DNA from: Epiperipatus broadwayi
Taxonomy: Eukaryota; Animalia; Onychophora
DNA: 64,000 bases
Assembly (NCBI GenBank): GCA_028023455.1
Contig: JAQFVV010000002.1
Coordinates: forward strand, 3,720,001 to 3,784,000
Reading direction: 5' to 3'
Shown here in pieces: positions 12,361-26,803 of the stretch. A program made the translations under genes and the position numbers. Under the pieces are notes generated by a model. It did not search any database. It saw nothing but the letters and a program-made list of their open reading frames with translations, and was not told the origin of the DNA. How positions within the stretch are numbered: the stretch's first letter is position 1; the number at the start of each line of letters is the position of its first letter.

Positions 12361-13404
12361 CTATGCTTAAAGAAATTATTTGTAAAATAAATTTTGCTTA
12401 ATTTTCATTGATATAAAATTGAAAATAATATTTCTATCATATTATAAACACAATTAGAAAATTTTAAATGAAATAAAATAAATTTATGTAATTATTGTTA
12501 ATCCTTAATTTTTTTAAAAATTGCTGTAAATTATTTTTAAAATAAATATTATTTTGAAATAATGTACATATTTTACTTGATATTATAGATTAAAATAGTT
12601 TTTCACCTATTATTTTAGCTTTTTATTTATACATAAATGATGATGATGTGAATTAAAATGCTTTCTTCTAAAATGAAGTCAAACATTTCCATGCATAGGT
12701 TATATGATCAGAAACTCTATTAGCTACCTTAATTATCTCCTATCTTCAAAGCAGCTACATAATGCAATAAAATGATATACTTACTCATTATTTTCTCACA
12801 TATTATGATGACATCTTTCGATAGAATATGATGGTTGGATAAAAAATATATATTTATTATTTACATGTCTAACATAACAACTTGATAAAAAGTAATATAG
12901 GTCTACCATTATTTTTTTCAGAATTAATAAAATGTTTAATATCACGAACATTACCATATTTTTATTTTTTTTATACATATATTTATTATTTAAAATTTTA
13001 ACCAAAATCAAATATTTATAAAATATTGATGCAATAAGAATAACAATTATTTTTACTGTATATTATTAATAAATAATCTTTAATTTTTAACTTAAATTTT
13101 TATAAGTTTATTTTTCAGTTAATATTATATTGTTAATCTAATATAATAAGAAAAATAAGCAGAAACTAAACTTTTATGTCTCAGTACTTTAATTAATTCT
13201 AATTTATTAATAAAATTTGTTTGGTTAGTAATCTCTGATTTTTAAGAATAAAATTTTTTGCCTAAAATTTTTATCTTATTGTTAGTTTATACATGACACT
13301 AAACTTCAATAGGTTCGGGAAATTTTCACTGCCAATAGTTTTAAGATTAAGTTTGTTTGTGAATATAAAAAATTTTAATTCATATATTTTTCAAATAGTC
13401 TTTT

Positions 13405-13502
13405 TTTTTCATATGTCAAATACGCTGACTGGGGAGCAAACCCGGGCAAGCTGCTTGGAAGGGAGCTATGCTAACCACTAGGCCACCAACAGTTTGACAA
13501 TT
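13405..13502 (-). mobile_element. tRNA-Gly(TCC)-derived SINE copy
   Basis: Reverse complement aattgtcaaa-ctgttggtggcctagtggttagcatagctcccttccaagcagcttgcccgggtttgctccccagtcagcg-tatttgacatatg-An. 18-bp TSD tttttcaaatagtctttt at 13387-13404 and 13503-13520. Confidence 0.9.
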
Positions 13503-14199
13503 TTTTTCAAATAGTCTTTTGTTTAGTTAATAACAATATGATCTAGTTTGATAACTATGAAGTTTATTGAAAATTCCTTTACAAAATTTTGCAATATGTA
13601 AATTTTAAAAAATGTTATCTCTGATTATGAGCCACTGTTTGTGTAATCTATTGAAAAAAAAAATAGATAAAAAATCAAAACTTGTAGAAAGATAAATTAC
13701 TAATCAATGAAAGCTAAAAGAAATATCATTTTCATCAAGTAAATATTATGCTCAGCTCATCATTTTGCTGCTCAAATGGGACTAACCTTCCAAGCAGCCA
13801 ATCTTATGATTATTTGATTTAATCTGAAACTCATTTTAGATGTTATAAAACATATTTTATAATATAAATGATATTTATCATTATTTAAATTTTAATAAGC
13901 ATTTTTTCCTTCCTTTCAATATATATCTATTAATAAAACAAACAATTCAAAATATGTTATTAAAACAATTTATAAGCAAGATTCCTAGATCATTTTTTAT
14001 CTGTCAAAATAGATTGGCATTGATATAACAAAAGGTAAATTTTATTTACACCTTTTCTTAAATGATTCTTTAAGAATCTTCTTTGTAAACTATATTAGTA
14101 ATGTATTCAGACTTGTTTGTTAAATAAAATAGGTTTATGTTCTTAGTGTTAAATATTTGATAAGCTTAAAATCATTTACATGCCCTGACATACTATTAT

Positions 14200-14310
14200 T
14201 AATAGTAGTGGTGATAGTGGTGGTGGTAGTAGTAGTAATAATAGTAACAGCAGCTTCAGATAAGTAGTAGTAGTAGTAGAAGTAATATCAGTAGTAGTAA
14301 CATTATCATT
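14200..14310. repeat. Degenerate (TAG/TGG)n trinucleotide repeat
   Basis: atagtagtggtgatagtggtggtggtagtagtagt...gtagtagtagtagtag seen directly. Confidence 0.8.
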
Positions 14311-15499
14311 ATTCAAAATCAGATTTTATTTTTTCTATAAATTTACAAAATATATATTTTTGAAAAACGAAAAGAATACTACCTTAGTTCCAGACCATAA
14401 TGTAGAGATCTTAAATTTCTTTTGAAATCATGAATTAATAAATTATATTATCTGATATAATTTCAGTTTTACTTTTAAGTCTCATGTGCATGATACTCAG
14501 GCTGTTTATTTTCATCTATATTCAATCTTATTATTCCAATGCGCTTAAGTCTTCTTCTTCATTTAGGCTATCCTTCTTATATAATCAAATTTTTTCTGAT
14601 ATTAATTATTTTAATTTAGACCTAAGTAATTTTATAATGTTTTTAAAATTAAATACCATTTTTGATTAGTTTAGTTCTTTTTTTGTTACTTTCTTTAATT
14701 AATATGTAATATATATTATGAATTTTCTAATTTTTCTATTTTTATATGAATTCTGTAATTGGCTTTAAGTTATTGTTTTGCCCTTGAATAAAATATTTTC
14801 CTTATCCTAATCCTTTTTCTTTTTTATGTATGTATTTGTTTTTTATGTTGGTTTTACTAATTTTAAATTGTAGTTCTATGATTTGAAATTCCTGTAATAT
14901 TAACTTATACATTAACATATTAACTACAAAATAATACATGATATCAATGCATTGTACAAAAATGAATCTTCAATGATATAGTGTTGTTAAAGAAAATTAC
15001 ATCAGGTAAAACAGATATGAGGCAAAAGTTACAAGATCAACAGACTTATACACCATTCCAAATTTTAAATGTGAAACATTAAAAAATTCAGCAGTACTAA
15101 GACTATCTGGTCTTTTTAAAACAAATAAAAAGAAAATTTAGGACAAACTCTATAAATGTTTAATGAGTAATGTTTACTATGCATTTTTGTTTAATGTAAA
15201 ATCTGTTAAATGTACTATTTTAAATTTAAATTATTATTATTATTTATTATATTTAAAACTCCAATATTGCCAGTGTTACACTTTGAATCAGAAATATGGG
15301 ATAGAAACAGTAGAACAATGATGAACATGCTATTGAAAATATATAATAATTATACAAGAGACATATTACTTTTCACTTATAAATATATATTGTAATGTAA
15401 CAAAAATGATGACACTGGGATATGATTAATATAATCTGAATAAAATAGCCCAAATCATTGGTCAACATTTCATAACAGAATAATAATTTAGAATATGGG

Positions 15500-17000
15500 A
15501 TAAGAATATAAAAACTTTAGTATGTCTCAGAATTGAGACATCATTCATAATATAAACCTAGCCTAATGTGGAGTGCCATTCTGTAACAGCTCCATAGTTG
15601 ATATGGCATTTTGTAACAATCACCACCTGTATATGATCATCATCAGCCAGCATCGATTAGCTATTTTGTAACAATAATAATGGATCTTCTATTCCACTAT
15701 CTCTCTACCTTAGTTTGGTCAGTGTTTGTTCTATAGGTTTTTATACGACTATCCATTACTGACACAAATTGAAATAAAAGATAATGAAGGAATGCCCTTA
15801 TGGTTTAAATATTATTTATAACAGAGCAAAATATGCATCAATAAATAAAAACTTTGTTATGACCTGTATAAAATCATCTAGCTCTGTCATTGATCATCTT
15901 ATGCAATAACAATATTTCCAATACCTAATTATTTAGATTATCCACTACCCTATAATAAAATACTAATGGCAATCTTTATTAAAATCTAATTTATTCAGAT
16001 AGCATTTAAAACAAAAGAAAGCAAGTAAGATCATCACCTCAGATATCACCAAATCTATTCACCATCTCAAAATGAACTATGGTAAGCAGTGAAATCATAT
16101 ATCATTGTCTTAAATAATGATATATTCCTAAGATATCTATTTAATTTGCAATTGAATAAGACCCACTTCAAACCAATAAGTGACTAAGTTCTGATATTCT
16201 TTACCAATCTAATATTACTTATAGTAATATAAATTAATGTCAATATTTAAGGATATCTCTATTTAAATAAATTAGTTCCTAAATAATTATAATAACATTT
16301 TGAGAATGTTTTATAAATCTATAGTGTTTAAAAAAATAAACCGATTAATCAGCTTCATATTAATTTCAATAAATTGCTATATAATATTAATAATGTATCT
16401 ATATTGTACTTTATATCAATGTACAATCATTACCTAAGTTACATACTTCAAAATGAAATGATGTACAAAAAATGTTATCAACAAACCTATTAGATACTTT
16501 GCATTGTAATATCCAATCATATCATTATATCAAATATACAGTAGATTTCTATTGAACACATATCAAATGACAATTGACTGATCCCATCTATCTATATTAA
16601 ATTTCCAATCAATCAATTATTAAAATGGATTTTAACAACAATTAAACCATATAAAATGATTATTGGCAGTTTCAAAGCCAAATATAGATATCAAGTTATT
16701 ATAGTTAATAAAATTTATGATCCACCTCAAAGAAGTTTAGAGATAATTAAGGCAGATCTTTCTGACTAATAACTGAATAAAATCTAATAACATTTTATTA
16801 ATTGGACAAGATAAACAAGCCCTTAATAATTAACTGTGAATTAATGAAATTAAACAAACAAATAAATATTTTGATATAATGACAATATAAAATTTATATC
16901 TAATTAGACTTAAATAAAAATGTATAATAAAATATACCTGTATGGATACCCATTGCACTTATCTATATTAATCTGATCTTGGATCAAAATCCAAGTATTA
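15500..17000 (+). pseudogene. Possible heavily decayed LINE (CR1/L2-like) RT remnant
   Basis: Only vestigial motifs read by eye, e.g. gatccacctcaaagaagtttagag = DPPQRSLE resembling the PQGS.LG motif. Many stops. Confidence 0.25.
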
Positions 17001-20000
17001 AAAATTACCTTGCACACTCAAAAGAAAAATAAACAGATAGATTCACTGGATTTTTAATCAACTTTAAATTTATTGGTTTATAATACAAATTAATAATTAA
17101 TAATGATAATAATACAAAAAATAAAAGAACAAAAACAAGTGATGTATGCAATAGACTAAAATAGTAGGCAATAAAAAGTACCAATACCATTTCTCTATAA
17201 CATTCAATTAATTTGATAGTCTATTACCATATCAAAATCAATAATGAATATATATATATATATATGAAACTCAAAAGTGTGTTGTACGACAATAATACTA
17301 TATAAACTGGAGAGGTTCCAAGTCTCTTTCCCAGACTTTAAATAGAATATATATAATGATTAAAAAAAAAAAGTGAACAACTAAACTTGACTTTTATTTT
17401 TTCATTAATATCATTTCTAAGTAATTAAACCAACATGAAAATCTATTGTATTTAAACCCTCCTCTATATAAATATCCCTAGATTAAATCTTAAATAACAA
17501 AAAATAAATATTTGAAAAACATTGGGTCATAAATTAATCTATATCATCAGAGAAGAGTTTAAATAATAATAATAAAAATTAATCTCTCAAACCTTTTATT
17601 GTGTGAATAAAAACAGTAAAAGTAATAAAAGTTATCACATGATTACATATATGTATAATTTGCTTTTGTACTCTAAAATGGAAATGTGAACAAAGCATAC
17701 ACATTTTTTAAAACAAAAAATTTACACGGAAATATACCACAAGTGAACAGACTCATTCTTCCTTTTTGCCCACTGGTTCATCATAGCTTCTGGTTTCTTG
17801 TTTCTGATCCCAATGCATAGAAATGATTTTCTTTGAAGTAGAGAAGATAAGCATGAATAATGACAATCGAGGATTTGAATTCAATTATTGTTATTTTTAA
17901 ATTCTGATACTTTCTTTCAAGAATGTAAATATATCCAATCTTTTAAAATAACAGATACTTTGTTAATGCAAAATCTGCATATCACTAGCTTTATTTTTTC
18001 TTTTATTGGTAATAATATATGAAGAGAATTCTTTTATTGACAAAATTCAATTACATCCCAATGAGTAATAAATATTTATGTTTTTCTAAGTCAGTAAAAT
18101 GAAATTTCAGTTACTTAATATCACAGAAGTTGAATTAATCAATCTTGTGAAATTCATTGATCAAAAATATAATATGTATATATACATCATGGAGTTTGTA
18201 TTTATCACAAATAAATAGATGAAACCCTAGATTTTTAAAAATGAATATTTTATAGCTTATTTCCAATGCAAAAAATTTTGGTGCTTTTTTTATATTCTTG
18301 CCATTTCCCTTGGAATTTCATCAACAAATTCTCCCAATTGAATGGGGAAACAGTTAGATTTTTTATCCGTTCATGGTTTTAAAAATTAACCACAGTAAAA
18401 ATAAAATTGACAATTTTTTTGAAGATGAATATAAAAGCACCCGTTCTAAGCAATGATAAAATTTAAGATTCAAGTTGAAGCATTTCAGTTCTTTTTATAA
18501 CATATCTTTGCTGACATTAATGTTACCAAGACAACTGCCCATTTAAACTCAAAAATAACTTTAAGTTTAATAAAATTTGCCTCCAATTAATAAATGAAGA
18601 CTTTCAAATATTGGATACAAAAAAAAATCCTGTTTTACGGTTTCAATATTATTTTTTACTTTAAATTAAAAATAAAAAATTCATTACATTTTCTATACCT
18701 TTTAATGAATATATATTTTTAACACATATGATTAATAACACATTCTAATAAACAAGATAAATAAGCAAACATATATGAAATATGGAATATTTGATTTTGT
18801 AATAACTAAGTTGCTATGGTAAATGTAGTAACAGAAATTGAAATATATAATAATTAGTAATAATGATTTTATTCAAATGATCTTTTTATGATTCACTTAA
18901 TTATTTTTCCATATTTATTTATCTATTCACTTAATCATATTTTTACTAAAATTGATCATAACCAATTCATAATTTGATGCTAATATTAATAATAAATAAG
19001 AATGTTGTTTGAATATTATAGTTGCCATAGTTACCTGGTTGACATTTATGCTTCAACACCTCCACTATCCATTCATCAAGTGAAATTAAATTAAATAAGA
19101 TCAATAAACTTCTTTATTTCCTTTTTTTATAGTGTGATATACAGCTCTAATCTAGGTACTTACTATATATAGTAGATTAGGTACAGATTGTCATTCTTTA
19201 AATGGTTTGTATATTTTAGACTGTATGAAAGATGTGAATAAATTAATTAAATTATTATTATTATCATTATTATAGTTGTTGTTACTGTTGAATGTGAATT
19301 AAAAGGTTCTAGGAATCAATCTAAAAAATTTCAATTTTTATTTCAAAAAATATTATTATAATTATATTAAAATATTTAAAATATAAAAATAAATATCTAT
19401 ATGGTAGTTTCTTGAAAGCTAAGTATAATAAAAAATATTAAAGTTTTAAGCTATAGGAATTTTATTTTAATAAAATACAAAAATGTTTTTTTTTCTTTCT
19501 TAGAATCATTCCAGAAATTGTTTATCAGAAAATTTCTTTCAATAGAAATGATTAATCAGAGCATAATTAGAGTCAAATCAATTTATTTTTCTTAGTAAGT
19601 TAGCATATCCTATGATTTCATAATAGCTTAACATTAGAATTTCTAATCACATCTATAGCAAACCCCCACATGGTTAATTCACAGTAACTACAATTTCACA
19701 ATATTTTTAATAATTGGAACATTTTTTTCCAATAGCTAGATCACATTCTGCTAGCTATTTATATTGATTTGTAAATGGATATTTAATTATTTTTAACAAA
19801 AAAAAATGAAAAATATTTCAAACTTTTATTATCTAATAATTAGAAAGCCTGGCATGACTTTTTTTTTTTCAAATTAGTAGTTTCACTTCTCAAAGGTATC
19901 TGACTTTTAGATATAATTATATTATCATGTTCAAAAATAAGATATTTATTCTTTATATTTAAGATACAAATTTATTTTCTCAATGATTTACAGTTTAATT

Positions 20001-20085
20001 AAATTTTTAAATGGAATATAACATATAACTTTGTAATTATAAATTTATTTAAACGCACATTAATTACATAAGTAATATCTATTAA

Positions 20086-20349
20086 GGCTGTAACCCCGAG
20101 AATATGCGTGCAAAAATGTGATACCAGTGACCTCTACAGGTCTTAACCACAAGCTTATGCTTTGGAAGAAAAGAGGGGAACCCTTCTTTATTTCAACCTA
20201 CTTTCTATTTAAATAGGTGAAGCTGATGCGGTTAGATCTGAGAGCGTGAAGCTATTCAATATTTCATTGATTCCCCTCTTTTCTTCCAAAGCATAAGCTT
20301 GTGGTTAAGACATGTAGAGGTCCCTGGTATCGCATTTTTGTGCGCATAT
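20086..20349. mobile_element. MITE with ~79-bp inverted arms, same family as 2689-2881 (Kolobok-like), right terminus truncated
   Basis: Arms 20101-20180 and 20271-20349 are near-perfect reverse complements. The left end TTAA|GGCTGTAACCCCGAGAATATGCG aligns with TTAA|AGCTATAATCTTAAGACTATGTG at 2685. Confidence 0.75.
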
Positions 20350-22623
20350 AACTTTATAAATTTTAGAAAGCACTAAACCTAATTCTTATACTAAAAATAA
20401 ACTTTCATGAGGTATGACTTGACTAACAGTTTTTTCCAATTGATTTTAGTTCTTTGCACTCATCCAATGAAACAATGCAATTATCTATTTATAACTAAAC
20501 AAATCACAGATAATTCAAATGATTGATATTAGTTCTCAAAGCTTTTTAATTTTCAGATATCATCATCAACATCCAATTAGTTTCAAACATCAGGCAGTTA
20601 TTTTTTATATTTGAGTTATTAAATTTCTCAATAATATATTTTAAATAAATTTAAACATAAAATATATGAGTAAAGCTGATAAATGAAATTTGTTGTAATT
20701 TATTTCAAAATAAATAAATAATAGCAGTACAACAGTGAGTCAGTATGAAAAATTGAGATCATCTGAGAAATCAGGCTGTTAAATATGTACAATGAGAAAA
20801 AAATGGTACTTTTTTTTCTAATGTCTTGTGCTGATGTAAAATAATGTTTAAATCAATTATCTGTTCAACAACATTATTAATTTCAAATACATTTTTTGTA
20901 CAGGTGACATGAAAAATAGAATATTAAATTTAAGATTCATTTCTAATAATTTATATGGTATATTTTAACTAAAGTGGTTATCAATGATAAAATAAAATTT
21001 GGTATCTCATATATAAAAAACAATTGTTTGATAATGATTGTATGATTAGAATGATTTCAGAAATCAGAGGGCTTTGAACAATAAATTCAATATTGTGAAT
21101 AAATATAATTATTCTACTCATAAGGAAACAATAGCATTGGAATATTGAATGAGTGTGGAGAACCAAGACCACCTAAGGAGACTAGTGTAGTTGAAAAATG
21201 CCATATTGATGATTTGCATTTGTTTTGATGATTTGCATTGATTATTATAAAATAAAATGTTAGTCTTTAATAGTGTTATTAATTTAAGATTTTTTTCTGT
21301 TTCTCTTTAATAGGCTATTGAAGAGGCCTTGAATTGCAATTTATAGTCTGCTCGAACTTATCTATTTGCCTCTGAATAAGAAATAAAAATATGTGCTTCA
21401 TTCTATCATTACTTGAAAAGATTCTTCTATAACTTTATTATTTTTTATGAATATTATTTTTTAATGTCGATAAAATTCATCAGAAATACATTTTTACTGC
21501 ACTTTTATTTTAACAATGATTATTATAATTCTACAAATAGTTGACTAGAAGTAAACATGATTCAACAACAAAAAAGAGTTTAATATGTTAAAATTTATTA
21601 AATTCAAAATGGCCACCGAGCGCATACTATATCAGCACTGAAAATTTTTATAAAAATAAATAATTATAAAATATTATAGAAAAATTTCTACCATAATCAG
21701 AACTACGTTTTTCATTTATGTTTTCTTATTAATTTTATCCTATCAAATGCTATTCAATAACATATAAATTATAAAACAATTTATTCTTAATCTCTTAATA
21801 TAAGATTCTAATAAGTGTTATTAATATTAAAAAAATTATTAATTTATTTCAGAAGAGAAAATTATAACAAGTTATTTTTCTGTCTTTATTTAAAAAATGT
21901 AAATTTGTAAATAAAAAATTATTTTTATTTCATTTCATTTTTCATAAAAAATCTTACTAATAATAAAACCATTTATTTTCAGTTCCTTTGCCAATTAATT
22001 AAAACAGAATTCATTTTATAAAATTTTCTAAATAAAGAAGAAAATATTTCAGTTTTACCATGATGCATCTTCTTGGTGCCCAATAATTAATTATATTGCT
22101 TTTTTTTTTCAATACTTTACTTTTATAAACATGATTTTAGATTTAACAAAAGATCATTATCAGATTAAATGTACTACTGAATGGATCTCTCTTTCTTTTT
22201 CTTTACAACAGAATGATGATTAAATACATTAGTCTAATTCTTTTACAGTTCAAAGTGTTAAGATTTTTATCTTTTTATAATTAGTGAATCCCCATTAGTA
22301 TTGCTTTAAGGTCATAAAATTATAATTCTCATCTGACTACTTTGGAATACAATTGACTCTAACATCTCTATCTGTTATTGTTGTTGGGTATGTATGTGTA
22401 TATATATATATAACCATTTATTCAGTTAAAAGATTGTTGGGTACAGTTCTTGGCTGCCCAATGATTAAAGTCATTGGTTACAAAGAATTCTATTACAGTT
22501 CTTGGCACCAATGTGGTAGGCATCAGTATGTCCCTTCAGTCTATTAGGTTATAGTAAGGTGGATCTGATTATAGTAGTTCTCTGACATCAAGGTATTAGG
22601 CTTGAGTAATGATGATGGTTACA

Positions 22624-22670
22624 ATATATATATATGCAATATATATATATATATATATATGCACACACAC
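22624..22670. repeat. (AT)n microsatellite with short (CA)n tail
   Basis: Seen directly. Confidence 0.9.
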
Positions 22671-25600
22671 TAATCAATTGCAAGAGTAATAATATAAGAT
22701 ATGTGGTTAGCATTAGCTTCTGTTATGATATAAGTAACACTGCTTCTGAATAATCTATCATCTATTTTGGCTTTCAGCAAATTGTGTTAAAGAGTCTATT
22801 TACCTACTCATTCTTTTTTACCACAAATTTGTCCAAGAATTATACACTTTTTTGTGTAAATTAGATAATCTTATGAAATAATTCAAAATATAATTTCAAC
22901 CTAGTAACATGTATTTTAAGTGACAGATTAAAATTAACTTACTTAAACATGTATTTGTTTTACTACATATGTTATTTTCAAAATTTTTCATCAGCGGTGA
23001 ATTTTAAAAGCATCAATGCAGTTTTATCATTTTTATTGTGTCCCATTTTCAATTCATTGACAGTCAAAGAGGAAATAAAAACATTGTTTGAAAAATTCTT
23101 TACCTTTATTTTTTGAAGACATGTCTTACATCTAAAAATCTTTTCCAGTTGTTCTTTTCATCAATGCAGTATTAACCTGATATAATTAATCCAACTACTA
23201 TGCTTTTATTAATATTTCCGAAATTATCTGCTGAGATTGTCAGAATATTATTTATATGTACTGATGAAATAAAACTTTTTTACAATATATATACACATTA
23301 TTTACACACAAAAATATTATTACAGATGTTGTCAAAATAATTTAATTAACAATTCTTGCATCTTTAAACTAATTTCAAACATTCATTATACAAATTAATT
23401 AAACCACATTTTGAATTAGGTATCTTTTATTTTTTTACAGAATTTTAAGTTCTAAAAATATAGATTGTTTGATTTTGATATTTTTACTCTGCTATAAAAA
23501 TAATGTTTTTCTTCTTAAAAAAAACCCAAGATTCTCATATCTTCTGGTCAAGATTTCAAATATTTGATCATGTTAATCTTTTACTGCCTGAAGACAGGTT
23601 GATGGATATAATATCACTACAGAGAATAATACCTGACCACTACCAATGGTAATGATTCGCTTTTTCCATTTTAAAACACATTTTATTGTAGAATCTTAAT
23701 ATTTAATGCTAAATTGTAAATAGATTCAGTATTAAACTTACTATTAAAGATTTCTAAATTAATTTAACTGAAAGATTAAAAAAATAATCAAATAGTTTAT
23801 TTTTGAGTACTTAATGAGAGCTTGAGCACAAAACTTCATTGAATCTTGACTACCAGAGTTTCCTACTCTACAATTGTGCTTAACACAATAGGGAAATCTG
23901 AATAATTAAAAATAACAAAATCAATCAATGAAACTGCTGTGTTGTGCTCAAGTTTTATATATCCTCCACCTCCAGAATCTGTTATTTGATAAATAATGTC
24001 TACTTTTTGTTTTGATAAATGTCTATCTAAAGTGATGTTTTATTATTTGAATACTTTATGCTGATTGTGTTGAATTCTCATTTGTCACTTTATCCAGATA
24101 TTCTCTATTTATCCTTTTCTCAGGTTTTTTTTTTTTCGGTATGACAAAATTTGTATAGGAAATATTTTTAAACTCAATGCTTTTAGGCATTTTGAGTGTT
24201 TGAATGCTAATTTTCTATTATAGGTAGATATATCTGAACATTTTTGCCTACTTTTTTTCCTCATTTCCCAACACATACACTAAAAATGGCTAAAAGCACA
24301 AAGCTTTAAAGAATGTTTTTTTAAATATAAATTTTGTCTTTATTTAGCATTTATTAGTACAAAAAGAAATGGCTATGTGAATCAAATTGGATTTTATACT
24401 ATATTGAAATATATACAATAAATATATATATGTACTAAGTTAAAATATACAGCTAAAACATACAATAAATAAATATCAGTGAAGTAAGTGTATAGCATAA
24501 AGAAAAAGAAACAGATTAGCTGGATAAAGTGGCAAATGAGGATTCATCATAACAAACCTTTGAAGAATCATTTTGAATAATCATACAATATATATATATT
24601 TATTTATTAATTACCAGATAGCAGCTTCTGGGATGTAAAGGGTGTTTAACTATTAAATTTTCTTTTAAAAATTTTCTCAATTGCAATCAATTATGTCAGA
24701 CATTCACTTAATAATCTTTGTGGAGGTGATTTTGTTCCACATTCCAGTGTTGATTATTGTAAATATACAAAATATTACTTGATAGTATTTAGCATTAAAA
24801 CAACTTTACTTAATATTATATACCATCAGAATTATTTATAAATATTTAACTAGCACTAATAATTGCTTTAGATCTTACCTTTCACCATCTAAATACCTTT
24901 ATTATATAAACAAATAAAACTGCGATCCGATTGGAATATCTTAATAAGAATAGTCACAACTATATACACAGAATTCTAAATCTGTATTAGCATCTTTCAT
25001 GTATTCTTTCTTTTAATACACTGTGTTATTATTATTTGATTTACAATATCAATTAATTATTGTAGATATTTTAGTATTTAAATTAATTATTTTATACTTT
25101 ATTATTGAAATTATATCTTTAAAAGTGTGAACAGTTTAATATCTGGGTTTTCTAGATTATATTAATAATTCAAATATATTGATGTGACATCTATTCTAAA
25201 TATATAATCACAATAAAATTATCATAATGCGTATTAATATATATATATTTCAAAAGAAATAGGTACTTGCACAAAGATTTTAGAAATTAATAAATTTCAC
25301 TTCCAGCGAATCACTTTAATTTAAATATTTATATATCCTTGGATATACGTATTATATATTTATCAATATTTTTATTTCTATATATGTGTGTGTAATAATC
25401 TTTAAAATATATATTGTATGTTTATGCATTTATTAATAAAAGAAATAATAAATTCATAAAAAGTAATTACTTGATTGATAAATAATTATATAAATTAAAG
25501 CAGTATTTTTAATACTAAAATGTAATAAATATATTGAACACACAGAAATGTACTTTGGCAACAGACGTATTTTTTTTTTCATTTAACGATGTAATTTAAA

Positions 25601-25700
25601 TATTAACGGCAAAACTATTAAGTTAAAGCAAATAAAATCTTAATGGCGGTATACTTTTTATTAAACAACAAGCTACAATCACCTATAGACTAAATCTTAC

Positions 25701-25770
25701 CTGGCTAAGCTAAGAAATCCGACCGTAAGCTGAGAGCAGGTGAAAATATCCACAAAATGAAATCATTGGG
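25701..25770 (-). other. Candidate non-coding (5' UTR) exon
   Basis: Minus strand: acceptor ttttttccccctttttcatatcAG and donor cagGTAAGA. All three frames contain a stop. Confidence 0.3.
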
Positions 25771-26049
25771 CTGATATGAAAAAGGGGGAAAAAATGAAGA
25801 CTAGCGATTTTCGATCAAAATGAATGGTTTTCTAGATGCCGTAAAAGAATCCCAGCATGATACAATTTTCTCAAAGACGAAAAGAAAGAAATATTTATTA
25901 TATAGTTTTAATAACTCCATGTTTAGGAATCCTCTGATAGGATCTATTCTGAAAATGATAAAATATCAGTTGCTGAAAGCAACATAGACTAATGTAGATT
26001 TTCAAAATATGGAAAATCGAAGCATAAAAAAGAAAATCCAAGCACTTTT

Positions 26050-26400
26050 ATTGACGCTTTTATCGCTCAATTCGGCACAAACCTTCGCTTTGAAAGAAGC
26101 GTGTCTCTCTTATAAATGATCTTACCTCTCGCTCGTGTAAACCAAAGCAAACATTGTTCCGCTCACTAGCAGTTGAGCTCGCCGATCACTTACTTGACAA
26201 GTAAGCTATATTCGCAAAGATGTTCACTAAGGAATGGTTGCCGAGACAATTCACGTGACCATCAGAGGCTGGTTATCAGTGATGTAGCGACCATGCTTGC
26301 AAAAATGATGGAAAAGAAGAAGAAAAAACTGAGCTGCGCACGCAACTAGTTTAACTAGCCACGTGAAATTTTATATTCCAACGATGGAAAGATTTGCATA
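26050..26400. promoter_or_regulatory. Putative CpG-retaining promoter
   Basis: Local CpG enrichment. RFX X-box-like GTTGCCGAGACAAT (26237-26250), E-boxes TCACGTGA (26251-26258) and CACGTG (26360-26365), NRF1-like TGCGCACGCA (26335-26344). Minus-strand splice donors at 26193 and 25700. Confidence 0.45.
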
Positions 26401-26768
26401 AATTTATAAATGATAAGTAGCATTCTACTTTAATCACATTTTTTTTTTGTTTTACAAAATAACTGTAATGTTTTAATTTTTTCCATATTTGTTCCGTAAT
26501 TAATTATAAATTAAAATAACAGTTCTTGAGAATATATATATGTTTTAAAACTACAAATGTACATATAGATATGAGCTTACATATAACAAAATTTATTACA
26601 TAATAAAAAAGTAAATTATATCAAGTTTATAATTAAAAATGTACTCCCCATAATAAATAATGATAATGAGACTATTAAATAATTGTATAACTAAAAAAAA
26701 TACTAAGAATATAAAAAAAATTAAGCTAAGAATATATAAAAAATTAAGCAGTATTCGATTTTTTTGCC

Positions 26769-26771
<3 letters not shown>

Positions 26772-26802
<31 letters not shown>
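26772..26802. repeat. (CA)n microsatellite
   Basis: Seen directly. Confidence 0.95.

Positions 26803-26803
<1 letters not shown>

Noticed and set aside
13787-13802. ccttccaagcagc resembling the tRNA-Gly anticodon arm
   Set aside because: Too short to distinguish from chance.
17730-17940. Open minus-strand frame (LCIGIRNKKPEAMMNQWAKRK)
   Set aside because: No convincing splice sites or homology.
21606-21620. YY1-like CAAAATGGCC motif
   Set aside because: Isolated motif without supporting context.
26277-26338. C/D-box snoRNA-like pattern (GTGATGT...ATGATGG...CTGA)
   Set aside because: Too short, imperfect C box and a low-complexity purine tract where the guide should be.
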